Made by a program: the position numbers and the translations under genes
In this document: positions 19,725 through 29,671 of the stretch, one piece after another
Position numbering within the stretch: the first letter of the stretch is position 1
Layout: each line of letters begins with the position of its first letter
Notes under the pieces: generated by a model
What the model was told of the DNA's origin: nothing
The model's input: the letters and a program-made list of their open reading frames with translations, nothing else
The model's database searches: none
NCBI GenBank assembly: GCA_011052815.1
Contig: DRIG01000095.1
Location: 8,943-72,942, forward strand
Direction of reading: 5' to 3'
Length of the DNA: 64,000 bases
Source: a candidate division WOR-3 bacterium
Lineage (GTDB): Bacteria; Hydrothermota; Tepidihabitantia; SM23-42

Positions 19725-22442
19725 CTATTTTACGATTATAAACTTACCCTTTGCTTTTGTCTGTTCGTCTGTTTTCACCACGAAGATGTATAGTCCATAA
19801 GCGACTTCAAGCCCGTATTTTGTCCGGAGATCCCAGAATTCATAACTGAGATTATTGTTGTGGTTGATTGTGGTTATATGCTCGCCGGCGATATTGTAAA
19901 TCTGAATTTCACATTCTTCCGGCAGGTTTGTAAACATAATCCGTCGATCATAAGGGGTATTTTCAAATCTTGAGTGAAGAATATAAGGATTGGGAACGAC
20001 CTTTACTGAGTTAAGATCAACAGCATCCGAGTTGATGGACGACGGAACCACTGTGAATTGATACTTTATCTTGGAAGAAAACGGTTTGTAAGTGATAATC
20101 GTGAACTCATCGCCTTCTGACGGAGCGATCGCGGTAGCGGGACCGTTTTGGGTCGCGAAATAAACAGCCTCTCCTTTATTATTCCAGCATCCGATTTGAT
20201 CGACAAACCCATAGCTTACGCCAGTAGGATTAGAATTATAGCCTGCTCCGCCCGGAATAAGATCCCAGCCTTCTGGTCCGAAAAGGGGATTACCGGGGTA
20301 AGCATAAGCATAATCCACAAGCCAGGTCGAATCACTGACATCAATTGGATTAAGGGTATCAGTAATATCATATACCCTGATCGGAATTTGGATCGGCGAG
20401 TAATTACCGCCAAAACCATCATCAATCCGGACTGTAGCAGGGTTGTTGTGATCTACGACAATCCGAAAATCGGCATTGCCACTGATGTAAGTATAGATCG
20501 GACCCATAGAGCCGACATAACCGGTCCACCAGGTGAAAGTACAGGTATCACCGCTCACTTTTGTCCAACCCAGGGATTTCACACCACTCTCAGTATTCAA
20601 GAGAGTCAATCTGAAACCATTCACCACCGGGATATTATCCAGTGATGAATCCGATAATTCCTGTTCTGAAAATATTGTTTCTTGAGCGGTCACGTCAAAG
20701 AGATTAAATGTTGTGGAATCCACCCAGGCCGTATCGACAAAAAGGGAATCATTGAAAGTTATCTCATAGGTATGGCCGAGAATCTCTGAGGGATTCAAAA
20801 TAGTAACAACTGCAAGCCCTTCACACGGACCTCCGATAGGTTCAAGTGTATCACCATTCTGGATATAGGCAGGGTTATAACCGGCTGGAGCGGCAGCAGG
20901 GATGACTGATACGATATTCGCCGCTTCGGGTCTTCCTCTGGGATTTTCATAGGAGGGTTCAAGTGAATCAGGATTTTGATTACCCTTGTCATAAGCCGCA
21001 ACACAATACCAATATTCAATGCCGTTATACACGGTGCTGTCAATAAAAGTATGCTGCAAGCCTGTTTCATTTCCCAGTGACTGATAGGGGAATGCCGGGT
21101 CGGTCCCGTAGATTGAGTCGATTAAATCAAATTGAGCAATGGGAACATAACCGACGACCTCTCCTTTTTCATTGGTTATCTCCTTGCCCCACGTCTTTCC
21201 CTGGTCATCACTTCGGTATATTTTATAACCCTCGAAATCATGTTTACCGCTTATGATATCGACTGATGACTCGGAAGGCTGTGGATTCCAGTAAAGAGTA
21301 ACCCTTTGGTCCCCCGGAATTCCGTAAACTGTAGGTGGAGAAGGAGGCCCGCTTCCCTGAAAATAATTATCCGCCATAATCAAGGCTCTATTCAGATTAT
21401 CGAATAAATCAGAAGAATCGCTGCCGCAGATCACGACAATCGTAAACTGCAGTGTATCACCCGGCGCTATTGTTTTAGGCCCAGACGACACAATATAATT
21501 ATAGGCGCTTGTTGAATCCGGCGGCAATGATTGCACGAACGAAGGATCATCGATATGAATATCATCGCCGTGGAAATAGAGTGAAGAATCGATATTCGGA
21601 TCAGAAGGGTCGGAGATTATTATCGGGTAAAGTCTGTAATCGTCACTCGGTTCATCCTGTTTTCGATAATAATGGAAGTCCGTGATTTCCTGATTAAGAA
21701 ATCCCACACCGATCATTCCAAGTGACTGCCATGGTTCCTGAGGGACACCGTCTGCGTCCCAGTAATAAACAAACGTCACCACGGAATCGCGATATAATCC
21801 GATGTAATCATGCATATCATAATCACAACGGAAATTACCGCGAAATCCTAAATAGAGATCATTGAGGGGAGTATTGCGGGTGTTATAGATCTTAAAATCA
21901 TAAAATATGAAATCCTGGGCGTAAATTCTGCCGTAGGAATAACCGGATTGGTTTACCTGGATACCGAAGACATCCTGATCATTAAAAATACAGAACAAAT
22001 CCTGATCAGAAGTAAACTCTCCCTCAACCTCCTCACCGGTCTCAAGATCGCGTCGGTATGGTCCTGGCCAGAAACTTCCGCTGCCGGTTTCAGGCCAGGT
22101 ATCGACATTGTCAGAGGTCGCGAAAATAGGTGTGCCGTCGGGAGTCGTTACATCGCCCGAGTATAAAGAACCATTTGAGCCCTCAAGCGGCGCCCATTCC
22201 GGAGCGGCAAGATCAAGGAACGACTCGATAACCGTATCGTTGCGCGCCGCAAGAAATCCCAATCCCGGACAATATTGATGCTGAAACGGCGCTGAGTTAG
22301 GCCAATGGAATGCCGGAGTAAAGTAGTGTAGATTCGCAATAAGACCGAAATTAGAGGTTACATTGGACAATTCCCCTTTGTCGGAAACACCGACTGCTTT
22401 GTCGGCTTCAGGATATAACAATAAAAATATGATAAAAATCAT
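19725..22442 (-). CDS. Large (905 aa) secreted protein with a T9SS C-terminal domain.
   Basis: Signal peptide. Ends ...GLYIFVVKTDEQTKAKGKFIIVK. Confidence 0.55.
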   Translation of the reverse strand: MIFIIFLLLYPEADKAVGVSDKGELSNVTSNFGLIANLHYFTPAFHWPNSAPFQHQYCPGLGFLAARNDTVIESFLDLAAPEWAPLEGSNGSLYSGDVTTPDGTPIFATSDNVDTWPETGSGSFWPGPYRRDLETGEEVEGEFTSDQDLFCIFNDQDVFGIQVNQSGYSYGRIYAQDFIFYDFKIYNTRNTPLNDLYLGFRGNFRCDYDMHDYIGLYRDSVVTFVYYWDADGVPQEPWQSLGMIGVGFLNQEITDFHYYRKQDEPSDDYRLYPIIISDPSDPNIDSSLYFHGDDIHIDDPSFVQSLPPDSTSAYNYIVSSGPKTIAPGDTLQFTIVVICGSDSSDLFDNLNRALIMADNYFQGSGPPSPPTVYGIPGDQRVTLYWNPQPSESSVDIISGKHDFEGYKIYRSDDQGKTWGKEITNEKGEVVGYVPIAQFDLIDSIYGTDPAFPYQSLGNETGLQHTFIDSTVYNGIEYWYCVAAYDKGNQNPDSLEPSYENPRGRPEAANIVSVIPAAAPAGYNPAYIQNGDTLEPIGGPCEGLAVVTILNPSEILGHTYEITFNDSLFVDTAWVDSTTFNLFDVTAQETIFSEQELSDSSLDNIPVVNGFRLTLLNTESGVKSLGWTKVSGDTCTFTWWTGYVGSMGPIYTYISGNADFRIVVDHNNPATVRIDDGFGGNYSPIQIPIRVYDITDTLNPIDVSDSTWLVDYAYAYPGNPLFGPEGWDLIPGGAGYNSNPTGVSYGFVDQIGCWNNKGEAVYFATQNGPATAIAPSEGDEFTIITYKPFSSKIKYQFTVVPSSINSDAVDLNSVKVVPNPYILHSRFENTPYDRRIMFTNLPEECEIQIYNIAGEHITTINHNNNLSYEFWDLRTKYGLEVAYGLYIFVVKTDEQTKAKGKFIIVK

Positions 22443-22452
22443 TTTGACTCCT

Positions 22453-24975
22453 TTATTGTAATTTTATTCTCATCCCCGCCTTAACGGCACGACGGGGACC
22501 GACATAAGAAGGATTCATTATGTAGTCCTTTGAACCCATAAGCCCGCCTTCTGACTCGCCTGAATCCCATGGTTCACCACTTCTTGGATAGACATAAAGA
22601 GGATTTTTATGATCTGTCAGATTCGTCCCTTTCACAAAAAATTCCAACACAGTTCCGCCTATTTTGAACCCCTGATATGCAATGGCGTCAAACGAATATT
22701 CCCATCCCATCCTTGCTGAATTCTGTTCGACAACAACACCTTCGCTGATATACGGAGTATACGGCAAACCACTGGCAGCGGTGACATTGAAACTCAATCC
22801 CCCTCCTTGTCCGAAGAGAATTTTAAGATTACTCGACAAGGTGTGTCGGCGGTCAAAATCAAGGAAATATTCTTTCAATCTTTCCGGCATCCCGGTGTAT
22901 ACATCATAAAATCCCTGCATTGCAAAAGAATGATTCCCCCGTGCCACCTGATAGGTATAATTGAAACTGAAACCGAAGTGTGAAACGACCTTCCGATTTA
23001 TCGTAACATCAATACCCTGAACACTGCCGAAATCATCATTTGTATATATGATGTAATCGTAAGGGAAACTTCTCACCTCGGTGGTGGCAAGTAAATTTTT
23101 GATATCTTTGAGGAAGAGTGTAATATCAACACCGTAGATCTGCTGAATCGCATATTTAATTCCAACTTCATATGCCGTGGTCCGTTGCGGTTCGATACGT
23201 GGATTACCGACCAATCCATAACGAGGTATACTTTCGGGGTGGGCGATGTAGTTACCGTTAAAATACATTATCTCATAAGGAGGCATCTGGAAGAAATACC
23301 CATAGGCAAAATGCAACATCGCATTATCCGTAATCGGATGGGACAAGCCGAAGCGCGGGGACAATTGATATTTAGGTTCCACCTCTGTGGACGGAGATGT
23401 GGGGTCTTCAATGTCCTCCCACATAACCGTCTTCGGGAAGCAGTAATCAAAACGTAAACCTAAATTCGCCACTAAAGAACGATGTTCGATTTTATCCTGC
23501 AGGAAAACCGCACCATCCATAGGAGTTCGTTGATAATTTTGATAAACCACCGCCCCTCTCGTAAAAAGTTGCTCACGTTTATCAAGAAAAAAATCATGGT
23601 GATTATGTTCGATCCCCCATTTCAGGTTGTGCACTCTGGCGAAATGAAGAGTGAAATCCATTTTAACGACATACTGCTTCGTCGTTGCGAATTGTCTGTA
23701 TATCGGATATCCGGAAACATAGAATTCAGAATAGTTGTCATATACCGGTTCAATAATGGTATCATCACTTAGACCGGGCACCGCTGTTTCGACGCTGTCT
23801 ACAAGGTATCCGACACGGAGGTTGTAGAAAAACGAACCAGCGGGGGCATGGTTGATTCCGACGATCGCCCGCAAATTCTTCCTGGTGGTTACAAGATAGT
23901 TTTCATAGATATATTTATAACGATGACTATAATTCTGTGTCTCTTCATTTACATATTGTCCGTCAATGAAAAGCTTAAGATTCCCGCCGAATTTCCTGGT
24001 TAATTTACCGTTCAGAGAATAAGAAGATTCGTAGCCGAACGGCAGATACGATTCCTCATTTGAATAGTTGCCGCTGAAGGAAAACTTTAAACGCCGGTCA
24101 AAGGGAATCGGCCCCATAACCGCGGCGTTTATCTCTCCAAGAAACGGAGCATCTAAATATTGAGGGTTATACTCGGAGATGTCCGATGAATCCCGATGGG
24201 CGTCATATGCGGTGCTGTCAAGGCTGTTCATCCAATCTTTTTTTCTGTATGGTGATGGATTGAGCATGAAAGAAGTATATTCAAGATAAGTAGAAATCCT
24301 CTCCCCGCCTTCCGGGGTTACGATGTTAACTACACCACTCATCACATTACCGTATTCGGCATTAAAGGTGCCTGACAGGAGCGACATTTCAGAAATAATA
24401 TTCTTATCAAAAATCGGACTGCTTCCCAGCAGTGGATTCGACACCTCAATACCGTCGATGTAATAAGCGAGCTCCCCGCTTCGTCCCCCACGTATATGAA
24501 GTTCACCGGCGCCGTCGGTCGTCACTCCTCCTTGAAGTACAATCACCTCCAGTGGTTTTTCAACGGGCAAGATATCCATTTCACTGCGTGTTATCCGTGC
24601 CTCTTTGGAAGTCATATCGACCTCAATAATCGGACGCTCCGCGACAACGACAACTGGATTCTCCATCTCAATCACAGTGGTCTGTAATTCGAAATTCAAC
24701 AAGGTGGTTCTATCCGTGTAGACCTGAACCTGCTGTTTAATCTCAGCTCGATATCCAATCATCGAAGCTTCAACCTCATAGGTACCCGGCGGAACATTCA
24801 GGATGAAATAATAACCGTTTTCATCAGTGGCACCTCCGATCCCCAGGTCAGGAATAAAGACATCAACACCGACAAGGGGTTCATTGGTTTCAGCATCCTT
24901 TACTGTTCCACTTATTTTACCTACGGTACCTCCGAAAAGAAAAAGCGGTAATAAGATAAAAATTATTTTGTTCAT
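22453..24975 (-). CDS. TonB-dependent-receptor-like outer-membrane protein with an N-terminal carboxypeptidase-regulatory-like domain. Start revised to the ATG at 24975.
   Basis: After a signal peptide (MNKIIFILLPLFLFGG): a CarbopepD_reg-like domain (GTVKDAETNEPLVGVDVFI...NVPPGTYEV), then a plug-like region (HIRGGRSGE...YYIDGI), then a long beta-barrel. An RBS precedes the internal ATG. Confidence 0.65.
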   Translation of the reverse strand: MNKIIFILLPLFLFGGTVGKISGTVKDAETNEPLVGVDVFIPDLGIGGATDENGYYFILNVPPGTYEVEASMIGYRAEIKQQVQVYTDRTTLLNFELQTTVIEMENPVVVVAERPIIEVDMTSKEARITRSEMDILPVEKPLEVIVLQGGVTTDGAGELHIRGGRSGELAYYIDGIEVSNPLLGSSPIFDKNIISEMSLLSGTFNAEYGNVMSGVVNIVTPEGGERISTYLEYTSFMLNPSPYRKKDWMNSLDSTAYDAHRDSSDISEYNPQYLDAPFLGEINAAVMGPIPFDRRLKFSFSGNYSNEESYLPFGYESSYSLNGKLTRKFGGNLKLFIDGQYVNEETQNYSHRYKYIYENYLVTTRKNLRAIVGINHAPAGSFFYNLRVGYLVDSVETAVPGLSDDTIIEPVYDNYSEFYVSGYPIYRQFATTKQYVVKMDFTLHFARVHNLKWGIEHNHHDFFLDKREQLFTRGAVVYQNYQRTPMDGAVFLQDKIEHRSLVANLGLRFDYCFPKTVMWEDIEDPTSPSTEVEPKYQLSPRFGLSHPITDNAMLHFAYGYFFQMPPYEIMYFNGNYIAHPESIPRYGLVGNPRIEPQRTTAYEVGIKYAIQQIYGVDITLFLKDIKNLLATTEVRSFPYDYIIYTNDDFGSVQGIDVTINRKVVSHFGFSFNYTYQVARGNHSFAMQGFYDVYTGMPERLKEYFLDFDRRHTLSSNLKILFGQGGGLSFNVTAASGLPYTPYISEGVVVEQNSARMGWEYSFDAIAYQGFKIGGTVLEFFVKGTNLTDHKNPLYVYPRSGEPWDSGESEGGLMGSKDYIMNPSYVGPRRAVKAGMRIKLQ

Positions 24976-25109
24976 AATGCTCCTTTGATCTTTGATATTA
25001 ATAAAACCGACACCACAAAGGTGCACGAACGGCCTTTGTATTCTGCAACACATTTTGTTTATTTTATAGGATTTCGTTATTTTTATGTTACCGAATAAAG
25101 CCAACCAGA

Positions 25110-25793
25110 TTATCTTATAAGAACAACTTTCTCGGTTAACCTGTAATTCTCTCCTGATATCCGCACAAAATAAACACCAGCTGGAACCGATCGACCTTTT
25201 TCATCTGTGCCATCCCATGGTATGATCGTTTTCTCGGAAAAACAGGCATCTGTTAATCTTTTGACTGTCCGGCCGTTACTGCTGAGAATTTCCAGTTTAA
25301 AAGTCGACGTCTGCACTCCATCACCCAAATTATAAAACGGCTGAATCTTGATCTCGGTTCTGTTTTGAAAAGGATTCGGTTGAACCATCAACTTGAAAGT
25401 CTCATTGGAAAAACAACAATCAGTCTCTGCTGCGCCGACTACGACCGTCCCCTCTTCATTTACCGCTGTCCAGCCGCTGTGGAACAAAGTCTGTCCGCCG
25501 ATTACATAAAGTTTGCCGCCGACCACTCCGATCCCGAATGTGCTCACTGCTGCGGGCAGTGAAGTACTGGATATCCAGGTATCAGCGGTCGCATCATAGA
25601 CTTCCAGACTGTCTATCTCTCCATTGGTATCTTCGCCACCGACGACATAGACTTTTTCTCCAACCGTAGCCACGCCCAAGAAGCTCCGCGGCGTGGGCAT
25701 AGCCGCTTTTGTTTGCCAGTTAATGCCGAACAACATTGAAGACGACAAACAGCTCAATAAAAATATCATAACAATTCTTTTATTCATCATCAC
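25110..25793 (-). CDS. Small secreted Kelch-repeat protein with a T9SS C-terminal domain.
   Basis: Two Kelch-like motifs (VYVVGG / LYVIGG). Ends KGRSVPAGVYFVRISGENYRLTEKVVLIR. Confidence 0.55.
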   Translation of the reverse strand: MMMNKRIVMIFLLSCLSSSMLFGINWQTKAAMPTPRSFLGVATVGEKVYVVGGEDTNGEIDSLEVYDATADTWISSTSLPAAVSTFGIGVVGGKLYVIGGQTLFHSGWTAVNEEGTVVVGAAETDCCFSNETFKLMVQPNPFQNRTEIKIQPFYNLGDGVQTSTFKLEILSSNGRTVKRLTDACFSEKTIIPWDGTDEKGRSVPAGVYFVRISGENYRLTEKVVLIR

Positions 25794-25934
25794 CTCCGTT
25801 ATCCATGCACCTCAACCTAAAACAGCCTTTTTCTTCTGCTATAAGAATAATCCAATCATGTTATTTCTGTGTTATGTGATACCTGGTATTCAAGCTCAAA
25901 TCTTACATCTGCAATATTCTTCTTTTCAGACTGA

Positions 25935-25962
25935 TTGACATCAGGAAAACATTGGCTATAAT
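25935..25962 (+). promoter_or_regulatory. Consensus sigma-70 promoter for the radical SAM gene.
   Basis: TTGACA 25935-25940, N16, TATAAT 25957-25962. Confidence 0.5.
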
Positions 25963-26013
25963 GAATGGTCGTGAAGTTTCTTGATCGATAAACTTAAAGA
26001 AAATGATGAAACT

Positions 26014-26889
26014 ATGCGTTATTACGGTACTGTAATCAGACCGCCGAGCGAGGCGGCGAGTTATCTTCTGCAGATAACCTACGGGTGTTCACATAATAAA
26101 TGCACCTTCTGCCCTACTTATCTTGACAAACCATTTAAAGTCCGTCCCCAGCATGAAGTATTTGAAGACATTCAAGAAGCGCAACGTTTGATGCCCGACA
26201 CCCGCCGGGTATTTCTCTGCGACGGCAATGCAATGGTGCTGAATACCGAATATCTTACGAACGTTTTGAAAGCTCTTGAAACGGCTTTTCCCGCGCTGCA
26301 GAGGGTGGGTATATATGCAAACGCACACGATATCCTCCGTAAATCCATCAAAGAACTACGCACCCTCGTCGCGCATCGTCTCACGATAATCTACATCGGC
26401 CTTGAAAGCGGCAGTGATAAAGTTCTGAAAAAGGTCTGTAAAGGCGCAACCGCCCGGGAGATAATCCAGGCCGTTCAAAAAGCACAGCAAGCAGGATTCA
26501 AGGTTTCTGTCATCGCTCTGCTCGGCCTTGGTGGAACTGATTTATGGAAAGAACACGCTGTATCAACAGGCAGAGCGATCAGCGAGATGAATCCCCGCTA
26601 CTTTTCTCTCCTTACCCTGATGCTCGTTCCAGGTACGATTCTTTACGAACAGCAACAAAAAGGGGATTTCATTCTACCCGATCCTCTTACCATGTTAAAG
26701 GAAATGCGCGTGATCATCGAACATACTGAGATGAAAAGAGGTTGTATTTTCCGCAGCAACCACGCATCAAACTATCTACCACTGGCAGGCACCTTGCCTA
26801 AAGACAAAACACGCCTGCTTGAAACAATCGATCTTGCCCTTAAATCGGGTACGCAGTCATTACGGCCTGAGTATTTGAGGGGATTATAA
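26014..26889 (+). CDS. Radical SAM protein with CX4CX2C spacing. The tool's start at 25981 is a TTG; the ATG at 26014 is more likely.
   Basis: Cluster motif GCSHNKCTFCP. Size (~290 aa) and glycine-rich SAM-binding stretches are consistent with radical SAM. Confidence 0.7.
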   Translation: MRYYGTVIRPPSEAASYLLQITYGCSHNKCTFCPTYLDKPFKVRPQHEVFEDIQEAQRLMPDTRRVFLCDGNAMVLNTEYLTNVLKALETAFPALQRVGIYANAHDILRKSIKELRTLVAHRLTIIYIGLESGSDKVLKKVCKGATAREIIQAVQKAQQAGFKVSVIALLGLGGTDLWKEHAVSTGRAISEMNPRYFSLLTLMLVPGTILYEQQQKGDFILPDPLTMLKEMRVIIEHTEMKRGCIFRSNHASNYLPLAGTLPKDKTRLLETIDLALKSGTQSLRPEYLRGL

Positions 26890-26893
26890 GAAA

Positions 26894-27823
26894 TCAAAAA
26901 GAACGGTAAACCGACGTTCCGTCGATGAATACCGGAATGTAACGTTTATCCCTGAATTGGTAGTAAAAAGAAACAAAGAGATTGATGAACTTGTTCAAAT
27001 CTTCATCTTTTTCCACAAAATCATCCTGAAGATAAATTAAAGTGGCGGCGATTATTATTTTATTCGTGAAGGCTTCAGCAGAATCCAGTTTCCCTTCTTC
27101 ACTCAATTTGATAAGTTTGTTGATACTCTCAAGGACGATCTGAAACTGGTCTTTATATTTAGTGGAAAGCGGTTTTTTGACCACAGCTTTACTTACGCGC
27201 ATAATTGCATCTGTTATTGCACTCTCGAAAAACTTATACTCTCGGTTAATCACGGCTGCATCCTCTGAAGAAACATCATACGGCTGCCAATCGACATTAA
27301 AAACCCGGTTTGTTCCATATAAACCGTAAACACTTGCCAGAAAGGCGACGTATTGATTCAAACCTTCAGACAACTCAGGTTCCAGAAACCCTTGGAGCCA
27401 TTTTAGAATCAAGGCGATGCAGACACGCATCTTGACCTTATCTATTGAAGTCTGTTTGTCTCTTTTTAACTTCTGAAAGATGACCGTGAGTTCTGTCTTA
27501 TCAAGCACTACATTCTTCCCTAATTTTTTTTCAAAATACCCGGTGAGATTTCTTAATCTGAAGTATCTGGTTTTATGGTCACATTCACTGTAAACATGAT
27601 TGACAAAATCCTGCATAAGTTTTTTATCGATTTTTATCACTTTTTGTGATCGGGGTGAACTGGAAAGAAACTTAAGATAAGCGACAAAATTTTCGATGTC
27701 ACGCTGCGTTATGTGTTGTTCAATAAGAAATCTGGTTTTTTCATATAGGATATCGATTATTCTTTCTGCGGAAATTTCTTTCAGCGTATATTTGAGGATC
27801 CTTGCTAAATTTCTGAGATGCAT
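26894..27823 (-). CDS. Hypothetical, mostly alpha-helical protein.
   Basis: ORF with ATG start. No recognisable motif. Confidence 0.45.
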   Translation of the reverse strand: MHLRNLARILKYTLKEISAERIIDILYEKTRFLIEQHITQRDIENFVAYLKFLSSSPRSQKVIKIDKKLMQDFVNHVYSECDHKTRYFRLRNLTGYFEKKLGKNVVLDKTELTVIFQKLKRDKQTSIDKVKMRVCIALILKWLQGFLEPELSEGLNQYVAFLASVYGLYGTNRVFNVDWQPYDVSSEDAAVINREYKFFESAITDAIMRVSKAVVKKPLSTKYKDQFQIVLESINKLIKLSEEGKLDSAEAFTNKIIIAATLIYLQDDFVEKDEDLNKFINLFVSFYYQFRDKRYIPVFIDGTSVYRSF

Positions 27824-27834
27824 TCTTAAGTAAT

Positions 27835-27862
27835 ATATTACTTAAAAAATCACCGAGGTCAA
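27835..27862 (-). promoter_or_regulatory. Putative promoter for the 26894-27823 gene.
   Basis: On the minus strand: TTGACC (rc of 27857-27862), N16, TAATAT (rc of 27835-27840). Near-leaderless. Confidence 0.4.
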
Positions 27863-27874
27863 GCTTTTTATGAC

Positions 27875-27971
27875 GGGGTCAGATCTCGAAACTTGACAAC
27901 TTATCGATTCTTTTCATACAGGGAGCCGAAACGAAATTCGGGGAATTTGTCAAGTTTCGAGATCTGACCCC
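27875..27971. repeat. Hairpin element, copy 1: 25-bp perfect inverted arms (GGGGTCAGATCTCGAAACTTGACAA / TTGTCAAGTTTCGAGATCTGACCCC) around a 47-nt loop.
   Basis: The arms are identical to those of copy 2 at 33190-33324. The loop edges are alignable with copy 2. Confidence 0.75.
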
Positions 27972-27984
27972 ATGTGCCTTCTAA

Positions 27985-29331
27985 CTACCGGACTTTAACG
28001 ATCTTCTGTTTAACCCCATCATCCGTCTCGATAAAGTAAATACCCGGCTCAATTAAACTCGGATTCACCTCCCGCCCGGAAATATCGAACACCCTGCATC
28101 TCTTTCCTCGCGGTAATCGCAACGGTCCGCTGATGACAGTAGCCCCGTGGAAAAATGTCGGCTTCTTTGAAATCTCTTCTTCGACCCCCACATCTGGCTC
28201 AGTCTTGATGAGCCACATATCACCAAGGCCTGCGCCATAACTATAGGTTATTCCTGCGATGACATACCCGCTGTCCGCAGTCGGTGCCACGGAATAACCA
28301 TAGTCACCACTGCTACCGCCAATGGTCATAGACCAGATCAAATCTCCCTGGGTGTCGGTCTTGATAAGCCACACATCACCACTGCCTGCACCGAAACTCT
28401 CGGTACTACCGCCAATAATGTAACCACCGTCGGTAGCCAGTATTATTGAATAACCATAATCATCACTACCACCACCAAAGATCTTGGACCAGACCTGATT
28501 TCCATTACCATCGGTCTTAAGCAACCAGGCGTTCTTTCCGGAGTAAAGAGAAGTGCGAACCCCGGTGATGATGTACCCGCCGTCTGAAGTCTGTTGAACT
28601 GATCTACCTTCATCAAAGAAACTGAGACCAAAGGTCTTGGTCCAAAATGCATTTCCCTGGCCATCAGTACTGATGAGCCATAAATCCCCATTGCCTGCAC
28701 CATAACTGTGGGTTTCGCCGGTGATGACATACCCACCGCTGGTGGTCTGTATTACTGAATAACCACTCTCACTATTGTCACCGCCGAAAGTTCTATGCCA
28801 AAGCATATTTCCCTGTGCATCGGTCTTGATGAGCCAGAGATCAGAAGAACTACTGTAACTTTCAGTTGTTCCTGTAATGATATACCCGCCGTCCGCAGTC
28901 TGTGCCACAGAATAGCCATAGTCATAGCCGTAGGCGCCAAAGGTCTTGGACCAGATCAAATTCCCCTGTGCATCGGTCTTGATGAGCCAGAGATCACTTT
29001 CATCCACACTATAACTGCGGGTTCCACCGGTGATAACATATCCGCTGTCAGAGGTCTGTATCACTGAATAAGCATAGTCACTGCTGTCACCGCCGAATGT
29101 TCTGGACCAAACCTGATTTCCCTGTGCGTCGGTCTTGAGCAACCAGACGTCAAAAGCACCAGCGCCGTAACTGCTGGTATATCCGGCAATAATATATCCG
29201 CCGTCAGCGGTCAAGGCAACCGAACAGGCGCAGTCATTACTGCTTCCTCCAAAGGGTCTGGTCCAGGCTGTGTCCGGTGCCTGGGCAGATACGAACACCG
29301 CCAGTATCAACAACCCTATTATGTAACGCAT
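27985..29331 (-). CDS. Secreted beta-propeller-type repeat protein (about 8 x 48-aa repeats) with a T9SS C-terminal domain.
   Basis: Signal peptide. Repeats follow the consensus DGGYIITG.T.SYG.G..D.WLIKTD.QGN..WS.TFGG. Ends ...EPGIYFIETDDGVKQKIVKVR. Confidence 0.6.
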   Translation of the reverse strand: MRYIIGLLILAVFVSAQAPDTAWTRPFGGSSNDCACSVALTADGGYIIAGYTSSYGAGAFDVWLLKTDAQGNQVWSRTFGGDSSDYAYSVIQTSDSGYVITGGTRSYSVDESDLWLIKTDAQGNLIWSKTFGAYGYDYGYSVAQTADGGYIITGTTESYSSSSDLWLIKTDAQGNMLWHRTFGGDNSESGYSVIQTTSGGYVITGETHSYGAGNGDLWLISTDGQGNAFWTKTFGLSFFDEGRSVQQTSDGGYIITGVRTSLYSGKNAWLLKTDGNGNQVWSKIFGGGSDDYGYSIILATDGGYIIGGSTESFGAGSGDVWLIKTDTQGDLIWSMTIGGSSGDYGYSVAPTADSGYVIAGITYSYGAGLGDMWLIKTEPDVGVEEEISKKPTFFHGATVISGPLRLPRGKRCRVFDISGREVNPSLIEPGIYFIETDDGVKQKIVKVR

Positions 29332-29377
29332 AAATACCTCCTTTCTTTGTTATCCTGTTCCGGCTTCAAACCCCCTC

Positions 29378-29575
29378 CTATTTCAGTTTTCTTACAATAT
29401 CCTGGAAGCGAAAGCCACAGGAATAACAGTATTCGGCAAACGCAACCATTATCGATGCACCGCAATTCGGGCATGCTGAGATTAACTTTATCCCGCAATA
29501 AGGACAGATATTATCTCCTCTCTTTCCGAGATAATTGCATTTAGGACAGATCTTTCTTAAGTTCTTCTTCATCAT
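29378..29575 (-). CDS. Double zinc-ribbon mini-protein (65 aa).
   Basis: Four CxxC pairs (CPKC...CPYC, CPNC...CYSC). A TATAAT box sits 3 nt upstream of the ATG, which suggests a leaderless transcript. Confidence 0.55.
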   Translation of the reverse strand: MMKKNLRKICPKCNYLGKRGDNICPYCGIKLISACPNCGASIMVAFAEYCYSCGFRFQDIVRKLK

Positions 29576-29671
29576 AAAATTATAATCGTGGGCGTTAAAA
29601 AACCGTTAAAAAGAATGATTTACTTTAACTAAATGGAACTTAAAGACTTTTCCGTGATGTCTTAATACAGT

